Shown one piece after another: positions 29,168-39,620 of a stretch of 64,000 bases of DNA (position 1 is the first letter of the stretch; each line of letters starts with the position of its first letter). The stretch comes from Terrisporobacter sp. (GTDB lineage Bacteria; Bacillota; Clostridia; Peptostreptococcales; Peptostreptococcaceae). The stretch covers positions 1 through 64,000 of the forward strand of contig JAVXJA010000005.1 of the NCBI GenBank assembly GCA_036648085.1, read 5' to 3'. A program made the position numbers and the translations under genes. Under the pieces are notes generated by a model that made no database searches, was not told the DNA's origin, and saw only the letters and a program-made list of their open reading frames with translations.

Positions 29168-31468
29168 ATGTTCAAAATATTTAAGCATTTAAAAAATTCA
29201 AGCTTTATAATTTTTATAATTATACTTCTTTTGGCAGGGCAAGCGACTTGTGAACTTTCTTTACCAACTTATACATCTAATATTATAAATATTGGTATTC
29301 AACAAGGTGGTATAGAAAATGCAGCTCCAGAAGTTATAAGAGCGAAACAAATGGATAAATTATTTATTTTTATGAGTGATAAAAATAAAAATATTGTATT
29401 AGATAATTACAAATTATTAAGTAAAGAGAAATTAAGTAAAGATGATTTTAATAAATATAAAAAGAAATACTCAGCTTTGGAGAAGGGGGATTTATATTTA
29501 TTAAATACAAATGATGAAAACACAATAAATAAGTTAGACAATATACTTAGTAAGCCTGAACTTATTGTTTCTGGTTTAGAAAGTGATGATGAATCAAGTG
29601 CTGTTATTAAAGATCAAATGAAGAAAAATATGTCACAGAATATGCAACAAGGAAACATGCCTGCAAGCATGTCACAAAACAGTACAGCTATGAATCTTGA
29701 TAATATGGATATGTTTACTTTATTAAAATCCATGCCTAAAGACCAAAGAGATAGTGTAATTAAAGAAGTGGATAATAAGTTAGTGGATCTACCTGAAGCA
29801 ATGGTATCTCAAGGGGCAATTTCATTTGTTAAAGCAGAATATGATGAAATAGGAATAGATACGGGAGCATTACAGACAAAATATATTTTAAATACAGGTT
29901 TTATAATGATAGGTATAACAATACTAAGTGTAGCAGCGGCTGTATTAGTTGGATTCTTTGCTTCAAGGGTTGGTGCATCTTTGGGTCGTAATCTAAGAGC
30001 TAAAACTTTTGAAAAAGTTATGAGATTTTCAAATAAAGAGATGACTGAATTCTCAACAGCATCATTAATAACTCGTAGTACTAATGATATTCAACAAATA
30101 CAAATGATGACTGTAATGATGTTAAGAATGGTATTTTATGCACCATTTATGGCACTTGGAGGTATATATAAAGTATTAAATACCAATACATCAATGACAT
30201 GGATTATAGGCATATCAGTACTTGCAGTGGTGGCTATAGTTACAATATTGTTCTCAACAGTGATGCCGAAATTTAAAATATTACAAAATTTAGTAGATAA
30301 ATTAAATTTAGTTACAAGAGAAATACTAACTGGTCTTCCAGTAATTCGTGCTTTTAGTACGGAAAAATTTGAAGAAAAAAGATTTGATAAAGTAAATAAA
30401 GATTTAACTGAAGTTAATATGTTTGTAAATAGAATAATGTCATTTATGATGCCTGCCATGATGCTTATAATGAATGTTATTTCAGTATTAATAGTATGGA
30501 TAGGTGCAAAAAATATCGATACAGGAGCAATGCAAGTTGGAGATATGATGGCATTTATTCAATATACAATGCAAATAGTAATGTCATTCTTAATGATTTC
30601 TATGGTTTCTGTTATGATTCCAAGAGCGGCAGTATCTGCAAAGCGTATAAATGAAGTACTTGAGGCAGATATTGAAATTAAAGAAAATAAAATGCCCGAT
30701 AATTTTAATGAAGATAAAAAAGGTATAGTTGAGTTCAAAAATGTTTCATTTAAATATCCTGATGCAGAAGAAGATATATTACACGAGATAAGTTTTACAG
30801 CAAGACCAGGGGAGACTACAGCATTTATAGGAAGTACAGGCAGTGGTAAATCTACGTTAATTAATTTAATACCTAGGTTCCATGATGTTACAGATGGAGA
30901 AATTGTAGTAAACGGTGCTAATATAAAAAATGTTTCTTTACATGATTTAAGAGGAAAAATAGGATATGTTCCTCAAAAGGGAGTTTTATTCTCTGGAACT
31001 ATAGACTCAAACTTAAGATATGGTAAAAAAGAGGCTAGTGAAGAGGATATAAAAAGAGCTGCTAAAATAGCCCAGTCTTTAGATTTTATAATAGAAAAAG
31101 AAGATAAATTTGATTCAGAAATATCACAAGGTGGTTCAAATGTATCAGGGGGTCAAAAGCAAAGATTATCAATAGCTAGAGCAATAGCTAAAGATCCAGA
31201 AATATTTATATTTGATGATAGTTTTTCTGCTTTAGACTTTAAAACAGATGGTAATCTTCGTAAAGCTTTAAAGTCTGAAATTAAAGATAGTACTGTTTTA
31301 ATAGTGGCTCAAAGAATAAGTACTATATTAGATGCAGAACAGATAGTAGTACTTGATGAAGGTAGAATAGTTGGAAAAGGAACACATAAAGAACTTCTAA
31401 AAAATTGTGATATCTACAAAGAAATAGCATTATCACAACTTTCAAAGGAGGAGTTAGAAAATGAGTAG
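29168..31468 (+). CDS. ABC exporter, fused permease/ATPase subunit A, with ~200-aa insertion between TM1 and TM2
   Basis: Six-TM exporter domain. Walker A GSTGSGKST. Signature VSGGQKQR. Walker B IFIFDDSFSALD. Overlaps the next gene by 8 nt. Confidence 0.85.
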   Translation: MFKIFKHLKNSSFIIFIIILLLAGQATCELSLPTYTSNIINIGIQQGGIENAAPEVIRAKQMDKLFIFMSDKNKNIVLDNYKLLSKEKLSKDDFNKYKKKYSALEKGDLYLLNTNDENTINKLDNILSKPELIVSGLESDDESSAVIKDQMKKNMSQNMQQGNMPASMSQNSTAMNLDNMDMFTLLKSMPKDQRDSVIKEVDNKLVDLPEAMVSQGAISFVKAEYDEIGIDTGALQTKYILNTGFIMIGITILSVAAAVLVGFFASRVGASLGRNLRAKTFEKVMRFSNKEMTEFSTASLITRSTNDIQQIQMMTVMMLRMVFYAPFMALGGIYKVLNTNTSMTWIIGISVLAVVAIVTILFSTVMPKFKILQNLVDKLNLVTREILTGLPVIRAFSTEKFEEKRFDKVNKDLTEVNMFVNRIMSFMMPAMMLIMNVISVLIVWIGAKNIDTGAMQVGDMMAFIQYTMQIVMSFLMISMVSVMIPRAAVSAKRINEVLEADIEIKENKMPDNFNEDKKGIVEFKNVSFKYPDAEEDILHEISFTARPGETTAFIGSTGSGKSTLINLIPRFHDVTDGEIVVNGANIKNVSLHDLRGKIGYVPQKGVLFSGTIDSNLRYGKKEASEEDIKRAAKIAQSLDFIIEKEDKFDSEISQGGSNVSGGQKQRLSIARAIAKDPEIFIFDDSFSALDFKTDGNLRKALKSEIKDSTVLIVAQRISTILDAEQIVVLDEGRIVGKGTHKELLKNCDIYKEIALSQLSKEELENE

Positions 31469-33320
31469 AGAAGGAAATAGACAAAGAAGACCAAGAGGTC
31501 CAATGGGTGGTCATGGTCCAATGGGTAGACCAGGTGAAAAAGCAAAAGATTTTAAAGGAACAATGAGAACTTTAATGTCTTATTTAGTTAAATATAAATT
31601 GTCAATAATATTAGTATTTATATTTGCTATAGGGAGTGTTACTTTCTCAGTAATAGGTCCTAAAATATTAGGGAAAGCAACAACAGAAATCTTTAATGGA
31701 TTAGTAAGTAAGGTTTCTGGTACTGGTAATGGAATAGATTTTGATTCAATAAAAACAATATTATTAACCTTAGTAATATTATATATAGTAAGTGCTATGT
31801 TCTCGTTTATACAAGGATTTGTAATGAGTGGAATATCACAAAAAGTTGCATATAACTTAAGGGATGAACTTTCTAAGAAAATAAATAGATTACCGATGAA
31901 ATATTTTGATAGTAAAACTCATGGTGAGGTTTTATCGAGATTTACAAACGATATAGATACACTAGCACAAAGTTTAAATCAAAGTTTAACGCAAATAATA
32001 ACATCGATTACCACATTAATAGGTGTACTAATAATGATGTTATCTATAAGTGTAATAATGACATTTAGTGCATTAGTGGTAATACCAATATCTTTACTTA
32101 TAATAACTTTTGTTATAAAAAAATCTCAAAAGTACTTCAAGTCACAACAAGAGTATTTAGGAGAAGTAAATGGTCAAGTAGAAGAATTATATGGTGGTCA
32201 TACAGTAGTTCAAGCATTTAATGGTGAAGAAGATTCTATAAAAGAGTTTAATAAAATTAACGATAAATTATATAACTCAGCTTGGAAATCACAATTTTTA
32301 TCAAGTACAATGCAACCTATAATGATGTTTGTAGGTAACTTAAGTTATGTAGTGGTATCCATACTTGGTGGATATTTAGTTATAAAAAATAGAATAGAGG
32401 TTGGAGATATACAATCATTTATTCAATATGTAAGAAGTTTTAACCAACCAATAGCGCAAATGGCACAAGTATCAAATCAATTACAATCTATAGCAGCTGC
32501 TGCAGAAAGGGTATTTGAGTTCTTAAATGAGGATGAAGAGGATATTAGTGTAGAAAATCCAGTTAGCATAGATGGATTACAAGGTAAAATTGACTTTGAA
32601 CATGTTAAATTTGGATATGATGAAGATAAAACTATAATTAAAGACTTTACAGCTCATGTAAAACCAGGTCAAAAAGTTGCTTTAGTTGGACCAACAGGTG
32701 CTGGTAAATCTACTATGATAAAATTACTAATGAGATTTTATGATGTGAACTCAGGAGAAATACTTGTAGATGGTCACAATATAAAAGATTTTAATAGAAG
32801 TGAACTAAGACAATTATTTGGTATGGTGCTTCAAGATACATGGCTGTTTAGTGGACCAATAAAAGAAAATATTAGATATGGTAGATTAGATGCAACTGAT
32901 GAAGAAGTAATAAATGCTGCAAAAGCTGCTCACGTTCACCACTTTATAAAAACTCAGTCAGATGGGTATAATATGTTATTAAATGAAGAGTCTAGTAATA
33001 TATCACAAGGTCAAAAACAATTATTAACAATAGCTCGTGCTATACTAGCCGATCCTAAAATATTAATATTAGACGAAGCTACAAGTTCTGTTGACACAAG
33101 AACAGAAATTTTAATTCAAAAGGCTATGGATAATCTTATGGAAGGAAGAACCAGCTTTGTAATTGCACATAGATTATCAACAATAAAAGATGCTGATTTA
33201 ATATTAGTAATAGATGATGGTGATATAGTTGAACAAGGAAACCATGAAGAATTATTAATAAAAGGTGGTTTCTATGCAAATTTATATAACTCACAATTCG
33301 CAGATAAAGAAGCTATATAA
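31461..33320 (+). CDS. ABC exporter, fused permease/ATPase subunit B (heterodimer partner)
   Basis: N-terminus MSREGNRQRRPRGPMGGHGPMG typical of this exporter family. Walker A GPTGAGKST. Signature ISQGQKQL. Walker B ILILDEATSSVD. Confidence 0.85.
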   Translation: MSREGNRQRRPRGPMGGHGPMGRPGEKAKDFKGTMRTLMSYLVKYKLSIILVFIFAIGSVTFSVIGPKILGKATTEIFNGLVSKVSGTGNGIDFDSIKTILLTLVILYIVSAMFSFIQGFVMSGISQKVAYNLRDELSKKINRLPMKYFDSKTHGEVLSRFTNDIDTLAQSLNQSLTQIITSITTLIGVLIMMLSISVIMTFSALVVIPISLLIITFVIKKSQKYFKSQQEYLGEVNGQVEELYGGHTVVQAFNGEEDSIKEFNKINDKLYNSAWKSQFLSSTMQPIMMFVGNLSYVVVSILGGYLVIKNRIEVGDIQSFIQYVRSFNQPIAQMAQVSNQLQSIAAAAERVFEFLNEDEEDISVENPVSIDGLQGKIDFEHVKFGYDEDKTIIKDFTAHVKPGQKVALVGPTGAGKSTMIKLLMRFYDVNSGEILVDGHNIKDFNRSELRQLFGMVLQDTWLFSGPIKENIRYGRLDATDEEVINAAKAAHVHHFIKTQSDGYNMLLNEESSNISQGQKQLLTIARAILADPKILILDEATSSVDTRTEILIQKAMDNLMEGRTSFVIAHRLSTIKDADLILVIDDGDIVEQGNHEELLIKGGFYANLYNSQFADKEAI

Positions 33321-33341
33321 AAATAGATAATAGTATTATTA

Positions 33342-33384
33342 TAAAACACCTTGAATATATTAACTGTATTTAAGGTGTTTTTGG
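33342..33384 (+). terminator. Rho-independent terminator
   Basis: aaaacacctt...aaggtgtttt hairpin. Confidence 0.6.
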
Positions 33385-33471
33385 TTATACTAAGACAGTT
33401 GATGTATTGGTGAAAATAATATATTATAACATTTATGGGGTGAGGATACTATATTTTAGGGAGGTAAAATA

Positions 33472-34302
33472 ATGGGAAATTTACGAAGGAAATTATCAAA
33501 TGGAGTAGAAATACCTCTTATAGGTTTTGGAACTTATAAATTAGAAAATGAGAATGATGAAGCTTGTAATATGGTAAAAAAAGCTATAGATGCAGGCTAT
33601 AGAAATATTGATACAGCATCTTTTTATAATAATGAAGAAGGTGTAGGTAAAGGAATAAAAGAAAGTAATATTCCGAGGGAAGAGTTATTTATAAGTACGA
33701 AGGTGTGGATAGATGATGATGGATATGAAAATGCTTTAAAGGCTTTTGATAGATCATTAAAAAAACTTGGATTAGAATACATAGATTTATATTTAGTGCA
33801 TTGGCCAACAGAAAATATAAAAGAAACATGGCGAGCTATTGAAGATTTATATAAACAAAAGAAGGTAAAATCCATAGGTGTATGCAACTTTACAAGTAAA
33901 CAATTAGAGAAATTAATAGAATTTGCTGAAATAAATCCTATGATAAATCAAGTAGAATTACATCCTTATCGCTCAGAAAAAGAGCTTTTGAAAATATGTA
34001 AAAGACATAATATAGGTGTTGAAGCGTGGAGTCCAATAATGAGAGGTCAACTAGCTTTAAATGAAATAATAAAAGGGTTATCTAAAAAATATAATAAAAG
34101 TGAAGCTCAAATAATATTAAGATGGCATCTACAAAATAATGTGATTGCTATACCAAAAACAAGCAATGAAGAGAGAATAAAAGAGAATATTGACATCTTT
34201 GATTTTGAAATAGATAAAGATGATATGGATAAAATTGATTCTTTAAACATAAATGAAAGAATGAAACCACAAAAATATGAAGATTTATATAAAGTAGTTT
34301 AA
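33472..34302 (+). CDS. aldo/keto reductase (2,5-diketo-D-gluconate reductase-like)
   Basis: GFGTYK...YRNIDTAS...LVHWP motifs of aldo/keto reductase (AKR) family members. Confidence 0.85.
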   Translation: MGNLRRKLSNGVEIPLIGFGTYKLENENDEACNMVKKAIDAGYRNIDTASFYNNEEGVGKGIKESNIPREELFISTKVWIDDDGYENALKAFDRSLKKLGLEYIDLYLVHWPTENIKETWRAIEDLYKQKKVKSIGVCNFTSKQLEKLIEFAEINPMINQVELHPYRSEKELLKICKRHNIGVEAWSPIMRGQLALNEIIKGLSKKYNKSEAQIILRWHLQNNVIAIPKTSNEERIKENIDIFDFEIDKDDMDKIDSLNINERMKPQKYEDLYKVV

Positions 34303-34304
34303 GA

Positions 34305-34333
34305 AAAAGAGATTTTATAATCTCTTTTTTTGT
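34305..34333 (+). terminator. Rho-independent terminator
   Basis: aaagagatt-ttat-aatctcttt hairpin followed by TTTTTT. Confidence 0.65.
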
Positions 34334-34510
34334 TGAATAAATTTTTTGTTGTTATTAGAAAAAAGTACCTAAATTATTTTTTTAATTTGTACATTATAAT
34401 ATAAGTATTAATTGCAATAAAATCATTTAATAAAATAAAACTATAATTATATATATTTGCTTATTATGCAATTTGAATAAATTATTGTGAAAAAATAGAA
34501 AGGATAGTAA

Positions 34511-35161
34511 ATGAATTTTAAAAAAGAGAATTCTCTATGTGAAAATCAGTTTATTGAAGAACATTTCCCTTTTATTATTAAATCCATAAGCAAGATTACT
34601 AAAAGATATGTTTCCATAGAAAATGATGAAGAGTTTAGTATAGGAGTGCTTGCTTTTCATGAGGCAATGAAAAAACATAGCGAAGAAAAAGGTCCATTCT
34701 TACCTTTTGCTAATTTAGTTATAAGTAGCAGAGTTAAGAATTATTTAATGAGAGAAAATAAATATAGATTAAACCCATCACTTGAAAAACTAAAAGAAGA
34801 GGGTATTGATTTTGGAGAAGAAGTTACAAGCCCAGTAGAAGATCAAAATCACCTTAAAGAGGAGATACAAAATTTAAAGTTATACATAGATGAGTTTGGA
34901 TTTACATTTGAAGATTTAGTAGATGATGCACCAAAGCATAAGAAAACTAGAGAAAATGCTATAAACTTATCACAAAAAGTTAGTAAAGAAAAAACATTAG
35001 TAGATTTTATGTATGAGAAGAAAAGACTTCCTATTAAAAAAATTTGTCTACAATTTAATATTACAGAAAAAATTATTAAAGGAAGCAAGAAATTTATAAT
35101 AACAGTAATAATTATATTTGATAAAAACTTTAGAAATTTAAAATTATGGATTAAGAGGTAG
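34511..35161 (+). CDS. sigI: RNA polymerase sigma factor, SigI family
   Basis: Strong similarity to the B. subtilis SigI core (DEEFSIGVLAFHEAMKKH...PFLPFANLVISSRVKNY). Confidence 0.8.
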   Translation: MNFKKENSLCENQFIEEHFPFIIKSISKITKRYVSIENDEEFSIGVLAFHEAMKKHSEEKGPFLPFANLVISSRVKNYLMRENKYRLNPSLEKLKEEGIDFGEEVTSPVEDQNHLKEEIQNLKLYIDEFGFTFEDLVDDAPKHKKTRENAINLSQKVSKEKTLVDFMYEKKRLPIKKICLQFNITEKIIKGSKKFIITVIIIFDKNFRNLKLWIKR

Positions 35162-35169
35162 GTTGAGTT

Positions 35170-35994
35170 ATGTACAATAAAGGAATTATACTTGAAATAA
35201 AAGAACAATACTCCTTAGTTCTAAAAGAAGATTCTACTGTGGTGAGAATAAGAAATAAGGAAAAAATGGAAATTGGAGATATTATATTTTTCTTAGAAGA
35301 AGATTTGTATGAAGTATGCAAAAATAAAAATACTATGAAAAATAAAATCATACCTCTTTTAACTATTGCAGCAATGTTAGTATTATTAGTAATACCTGTT
35401 GTAAAAAATAATACTACAGGAGGAGCATATGCTCTAATGTCTATTGATGTTAATCCTAGTATTGAGTTTGAGCTAGATGAAAATAAAAATATAGTTAATG
35501 TATACGGGGTAAATGATGATGGTAAGGATATGGAATTAGAAGAGTTAAAAGGAAAACCACTGGAAGAAGCTGTGAAAATCTTAGAAATTTATTTGCAAAA
35601 AAATTATAGTAATACTAAAGAAGGTATAGTAGGATTTACTTTTATAGATAAGATTAGTGATGATAAGTATGAAAGTGAAGTTAAAGATGTAGTAAGTAAG
35701 GGATTAAATAAGACCAAGTTTCTTTATTTAAAAGGTAGTGAAGAAGATATAGCCCTTGCTAAAGAGAAAGGGGTAAGTCTTGGGAGATATGAAGCTTTAT
35801 GTAATCTGGATGAAGAGACCTTAGAAGATACCATAGAGCATATGTCAGTCGATGAGATAACAAATCTTTTAGGAGCTAAAGGAAATAATGAATATTTAAA
35901 TGAAGAAGTAATTGATGAATTAGAAGACGAATTAGAAGATAGAACAGAAGTAGAAGATGATGACGATGAAGACGACAATCATGATAATGATTAA
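35170..35994 (+). CDS. rsgI: anti-sigma-I factor, RsgI family (RsgI_N domain, single TM, extracytoplasmic domain, polyacidic tail)
   Basis: N-terminus MYNKGIILEIKEQYSLVLKEDSTVVRI matches RsgI_N. TM helix IIPLLTIAAMLVLLVIPVV. C-terminus EELEDELEDRTEVEDDDDEDDNHDND. Confidence 0.8.
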   Translation: MYNKGIILEIKEQYSLVLKEDSTVVRIRNKEKMEIGDIIFFLEEDLYEVCKNKNTMKNKIIPLLTIAAMLVLLVIPVVKNNTTGGAYALMSIDVNPSIEFELDENKNIVNVYGVNDDGKDMELEELKGKPLEEAVKILEIYLQKNYSNTKEGIVGFTFIDKISDDKYESEVKDVVSKGLNKTKFLYLKGSEEDIALAKEKGVSLGRYEALCNLDEETLEDTIEHMSVDEITNLLGAKGNNEYLNEEVIDELEDELEDRTEVEDDDDEDDNHDND

Positions 35995-36008
35995 AAATAG
36001 GAGATAAT

Positions 36009-36449
36009 ATGAAAATACTAATAGATGGTGATGGATGCCCAGTAATAGATATAACAATTAAAATAGGTAAAATGTTTAATATGGAAGTGATAATAATGTG
36101 TGACACTTCTCATGTTTTTAATAAAGAAGGTGCAAAAACTATGATATTTGCAAAAGGTGCAGATTCTGTAGATTTTGCATTAATAAATACTGTAAAAAAA
36201 GATGATATTGTAATTACACAAGATTATGGTTTAGCAGCGATGGCGATAAATAAAGCATCTTATGTTGTTAATCAAAATGGATTAATTTATAGTAATGATA
36301 ATATTGATAGACTACTTTATAATAGACATATTTCTAAAAAAGTTAGAAAAAGTGGCGGTAGGGTTAAAGGTTCTAAGAAAAGAAGCAAAGAAGATAATAT
36401 AAATTTTGAAAACACCTTATTAGAAATATGTAAAAAAATAAATTCTTAA
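36009..36449 (+). CDS. YaiI/YqxD family protein (DUF188)
   Basis: MKILIDGDGCPV N-terminus and ITQDYGLAAMAI motif characteristic of the UPF0178 family. Confidence 0.7.
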   Translation: MKILIDGDGCPVIDITIKIGKMFNMEVIIMCDTSHVFNKEGAKTMIFAKGADSVDFALINTVKKDDIVITQDYGLAAMAINKASYVVNQNGLIYSNDNIDRLLYNRHISKKVRKSGGRVKGSKKRSKEDNINFENTLLEICKKINS

Positions 36450-36632
36450 AAATAATCAATGTTTAAGTAAAAAGGGTACTATTTTATATGAGTATCTAGA
36501 AAAATATTAATTGAGGCTAGTAAAAAATATAATCTATTTATAGCAAGTAATTGCAAAATTATGCTTTTTTTATTTTTTATAAATTTTCGTGTTTAGGTAA
36601 AAATAAATAAAAAGTAAGAGGAGGATGACAAT

Positions 36633-36905
36633 TTGATATTTATAAATAAACGATTCGTAGTAAAGTATGTGGAAGAAGAGAATAAAATGGAAGATTATAT
36701 TTATAATTTTTCTGTTGATATAAAAGATTTCGATACTCCTTTTGTCAACATAAAGTATGATAGTAACAAAAATAAAATAGTATCAATGTGGCTTAATACA
36801 GAAGTAGATGATAATGGACCTAAAAACCATGTGGCTATGAAATTATTAGAGTTTGGAAAATATGAAGTTTGTGAAATTATAAAATTTATGGTTAGCCATA
36901 GTTAA
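36633..36905 (+). CDS. hypothetical small protein
   Basis: TTG start 8 nt after a GAGGAGG ribosome-binding site. 90 aa. No motif. Confidence 0.35.
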   Translation: MIFINKRFVVKYVEEENKMEDYIYNFSVDIKDFDTPFVNIKYDSNKNKIVSMWLNTEVDDNGPKNHVAMKLLEFGKYEVCEIIKFMVSHS

Positions 36906-36909
36906 TAAA

Positions 36910-36945
36910 ATCCCCTATCTATTTTACTAATAGATAGGGGGGGTT
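36910..36945. terminator. bidirectional terminator between convergent genes
   Basis: cccctatctatt-ttac-taatagataggggggg hairpin. Confidence 0.6.
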
Positions 36946-36956
36946 ATTAACTATTT

Positions 36957-38063
36957 TTAATCTAATATTCTTCTAGGTATTTTATATTTAATATCACTTT
37001 CGATTTGTTCTAAAGTTTTTGTGTTTTTGGGATCTACAAACATGCATGTATATCCATCTTTACCAGCTCTACCAGTTCTACCTATACGGTGAATATAATC
37101 TTCACTAGTTTCAGGTATATCATAATTATATATATGAGTAACTCCAGTTATATCAAGTCCTCTAGAAGCTACATCTGTTGCTATTAAATATTGCAAATCA
37201 GCTTTTCTAAAGGATTTCATTATTCTTTCACGTTTTGCTTGAGTAATATCACTATGAAGTTTTTCACAGTTATAACCATCAATGGCAAGAGCTTCTTCTA
37301 AAGCATCAACTCTTCTCTTAGTTCTGCAGAAAATAATTGCCATAAAAGGATTATCATTATTTAAAACTTTACATAAGGAATCTTTCTTATGTCTATCTGT
37401 AGTTTCTACTACCTCTTGTTTTATAGTATCTAAAGTTATTTCATTACTTTTGATAGTAATTTCTACAGGATCCTTAGTATGTCTATAAGCTAATTTTTTC
37501 ACATCAGAGTCTATAGTAGCAGAGAAACATAAAGTTTGACGTTTTTTATTAGTCTCTTTTATAATAGCTTCCATTTCATTTTTGAACCCCATAAGAAGCA
37601 TTTGGTCAGCTTCATCTATTACTAGTGTTTTTAACTTATTTAGATTAATAGATTCTCTATCTAGGTGATCTAAAAGTCTACCAGGAGTTGCTATAACTAA
37701 ATGAATATTTTTTTTTAATTTATTTAATTGAGATTTTATATCTTTACCACCATAAGCAGCAAGTATATTAATTTCTTTAGCAGTATTTAATTTTTCTGCA
37801 GCCTGGCTTATTTGTAAAGCTAGTTCTCTAGTAGGGGTAATAATAAGTCCTTGTATATTATTTTCCTTAGGATTTATATTTTCAAACATTGGAAGCAGAA
37901 AGGCAAAAGTTTTACCTGTTCCTGTTTGAGATTGAGCAATAATATCTTTTCTATTTATGATTAAAGGAATACTTTCTTCTTGTATGGCAGTAGGACTATT
38001 TATTCCTATTTGACTTAATCTATCTACTAAGTCATTACTTATGCCTAGTTGTTTAAAATTCAT
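36957..38063 (-). CDS. DEAD-box ATP-dependent RNA helicase
   Basis: Q-motif. AQSQTGTGKT (motif I). DEAD at VIDEADQM. SAT. ARGLD. HRIGRTGRAG. Confidence 0.9.
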   Translation of the reverse strand: MNFKQLGISNDLVDRLSQIGINSPTAIQEESIPLIINRKDIIAQSQTGTGKTFAFLLPMFENINPKENNIQGLIITPTRELALQISQAAEKLNTAKEINILAAYGGKDIKSQLNKLKKNIHLVIATPGRLLDHLDRESINLNKLKTLVIDEADQMLLMGFKNEMEAIIKETNKKRQTLCFSATIDSDVKKLAYRHTKDPVEITIKSNEITLDTIKQEVVETTDRHKKDSLCKVLNNDNPFMAIIFCRTKRRVDALEEALAIDGYNCEKLHSDITQAKRERIMKSFRKADLQYLIATDVASRGLDITGVTHIYNYDIPETSEDYIHRIGRTGRAGKDGYTCMFVDPKNTKTLEQIESDIKYKIPRRILD

Positions 38064-38354
38064 TTTTACGACCTCTCTATATATAAAATATTTTATATTT
38101 TTATCTAATTATAATATCACATTGGAAGTATAAATTATATCTCAATATAAATTTATTATAATTATTTATATTATTTGACTAAAAATATACTCTTAATTCA
38201 TTGAAATATTAAATATTAAAAAGAAAAAGATTAAAGAAGGTTGAAAAATAGCTTAATTTTGAGAATATATTTAAATGTAAAATACAAGGAATTTCACTAT
38301 AAATAAAGAAATTATTCTATATTGGGAAAAAACAATGAATAGAGGTGTAATTAA

Positions 38355-38666
38355 GTGGGAATATTTAAGTCAAAATCGCAAGATGATTGGAAAATTAATT
38401 ATATTAAAGAATTTAATGAAATGAGAGATTCATACGAAGATAAATTACAAAAAAAACAAGGTGAAATAGAAACACTTAAAAAAGAAATTGAAGAGTTAAG
38501 AGCTTTAAAAAGTAACTTAAGACCGAAGGAAAAACAAATTAAAGATACGGATATTGAGCAAATTAAAGAATTAAGAAATGAAGGATTAAGCTACAGACAA
38601 ATATCTGATAAAACTTCATGGAGCAAAGCCACAGTTTGTAGGGTATTAAATGGATTATATGATTAA
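38355..38666 (+). CDS. small coiled-coil protein with C-terminal helix-turn-helix (resolvase-type HTH_7-like)
   Basis: GTG start after an AGAGGTG ribosome-binding site. C-terminal LSYRQISDKTSWSKATVCRVL resembles a DNA-binding HTH. Confidence 0.45.
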   Translation: MGIFKSKSQDDWKINYIKEFNEMRDSYEDKLQKKQGEIETLKKEIEELRALKSNLRPKEKQIKDTDIEQIKELRNEGLSYRQISDKTSWSKATVCRVLNGLYD

Positions 38667-38712
38667 TATAATTAATTTTGTATTTTTATATATCAATTAT
38701 ACTGTGTTATAA

Positions 38713-39441
38713 TTGATTTATATTATACAAAATGTGGGTGATAATTTGAATTCAGGTGCAAGTAAGATTAAATTAAAAGATAAAGAATATATATTAGATG
38801 TTGCTTTACTTTTAGTATTGATACAAATAGGAAGAATCATCATAAAATACATATTTTTAAGTCAGTTAAATTTCACATACGAAAATGTGAATATTGCTAA
38901 TATAATATCATTTATGTTAGTAGGAATAAGTATAGCTCTTTTTTTAAGAGGAAGTGATATGTTTAATTCTGCAGGACAAAGGTTAATAAATCTTAATAAT
39001 AAATATCATAATAAAAATAAAAGAATAACTTTAGGAGTAGTAACTGTACTAGGAATAGTTATTTCCTTTTATTATGAAGGTGGTTACTTTATGACTGCCT
39101 TAACATTATTAACTTTGTCACTAATAATAGAGCCAATATTTGAAGAAATATTATTTAGAGAATATTTATGGAATTATATTGGAAACTATGAAAAGGATGA
39201 TAAAAAAATATTAATTATTATTAGTATTTTATCTGCATTATTTAAAATAGGTTATTGGGATATAATAAGTCAAAATTTAAGTGTAATAGGAAGTTCATCA
39301 TATACTATAGATATTGTACTTACAAAAGTGTTTTTAGGATTAATAGTTTCATTACTTTTAGGTGTTATTAAAATTAAATTTAAGGATACTTATTTGTGTA
39401 TTTTTGTACATAGTATAGTAAATATTTTTATTGGAAGATAA
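38713..39441 (+). CDS. CPBP family intramembrane metalloprotease (CAAX protease / Abi domain)
   Basis: Multi-TM. Conserved EExxFR motif (EEILFREYLW) and distal His motif region (FVHSIVN). Confidence 0.7.
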   Translation: MIYIIQNVGDNLNSGASKIKLKDKEYILDVALLLVLIQIGRIIIKYIFLSQLNFTYENVNIANIISFMLVGISIALFLRGSDMFNSAGQRLINLNNKYHNKNKRITLGVVTVLGIVISFYYEGGYFMTALTLLTLSLIIEPIFEEILFREYLWNYIGNYEKDDKKILIIISILSALFKIGYWDIISQNLSVIGSSSYTIDIVLTKVFLGLIVSLLLGVIKIKFKDTYLCIFVHSIVNIFIGR

Positions 39442-39592
39442 GATTTTAATAAATATAGAATAAGTAAGATAATTACATTTAATAATAAGTAAAAGGAAGA
39501 TCATTATTATGAGTTGCTTTATACTTATAGATTTCTTATGAAGAGAAAATAAATAAGAAACTATTGAAATATCTAAATAAATTAGATATGAT

Positions 39593-39620
39593 TAGAGAGC
39601 TCACAAGCTCTCTTTTTTAA
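39593..39620 (+). terminator. terminator-like hairpin in the leader of the chorismate mutase-DAHP synthase operon (possible attenuator)
   Basis: agagagct-cacaa-agctctct followed by TTTTTT. Lies 150 nt after the CPBP gene and 80 nt before chorismate mutase. Confidence 0.5.
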
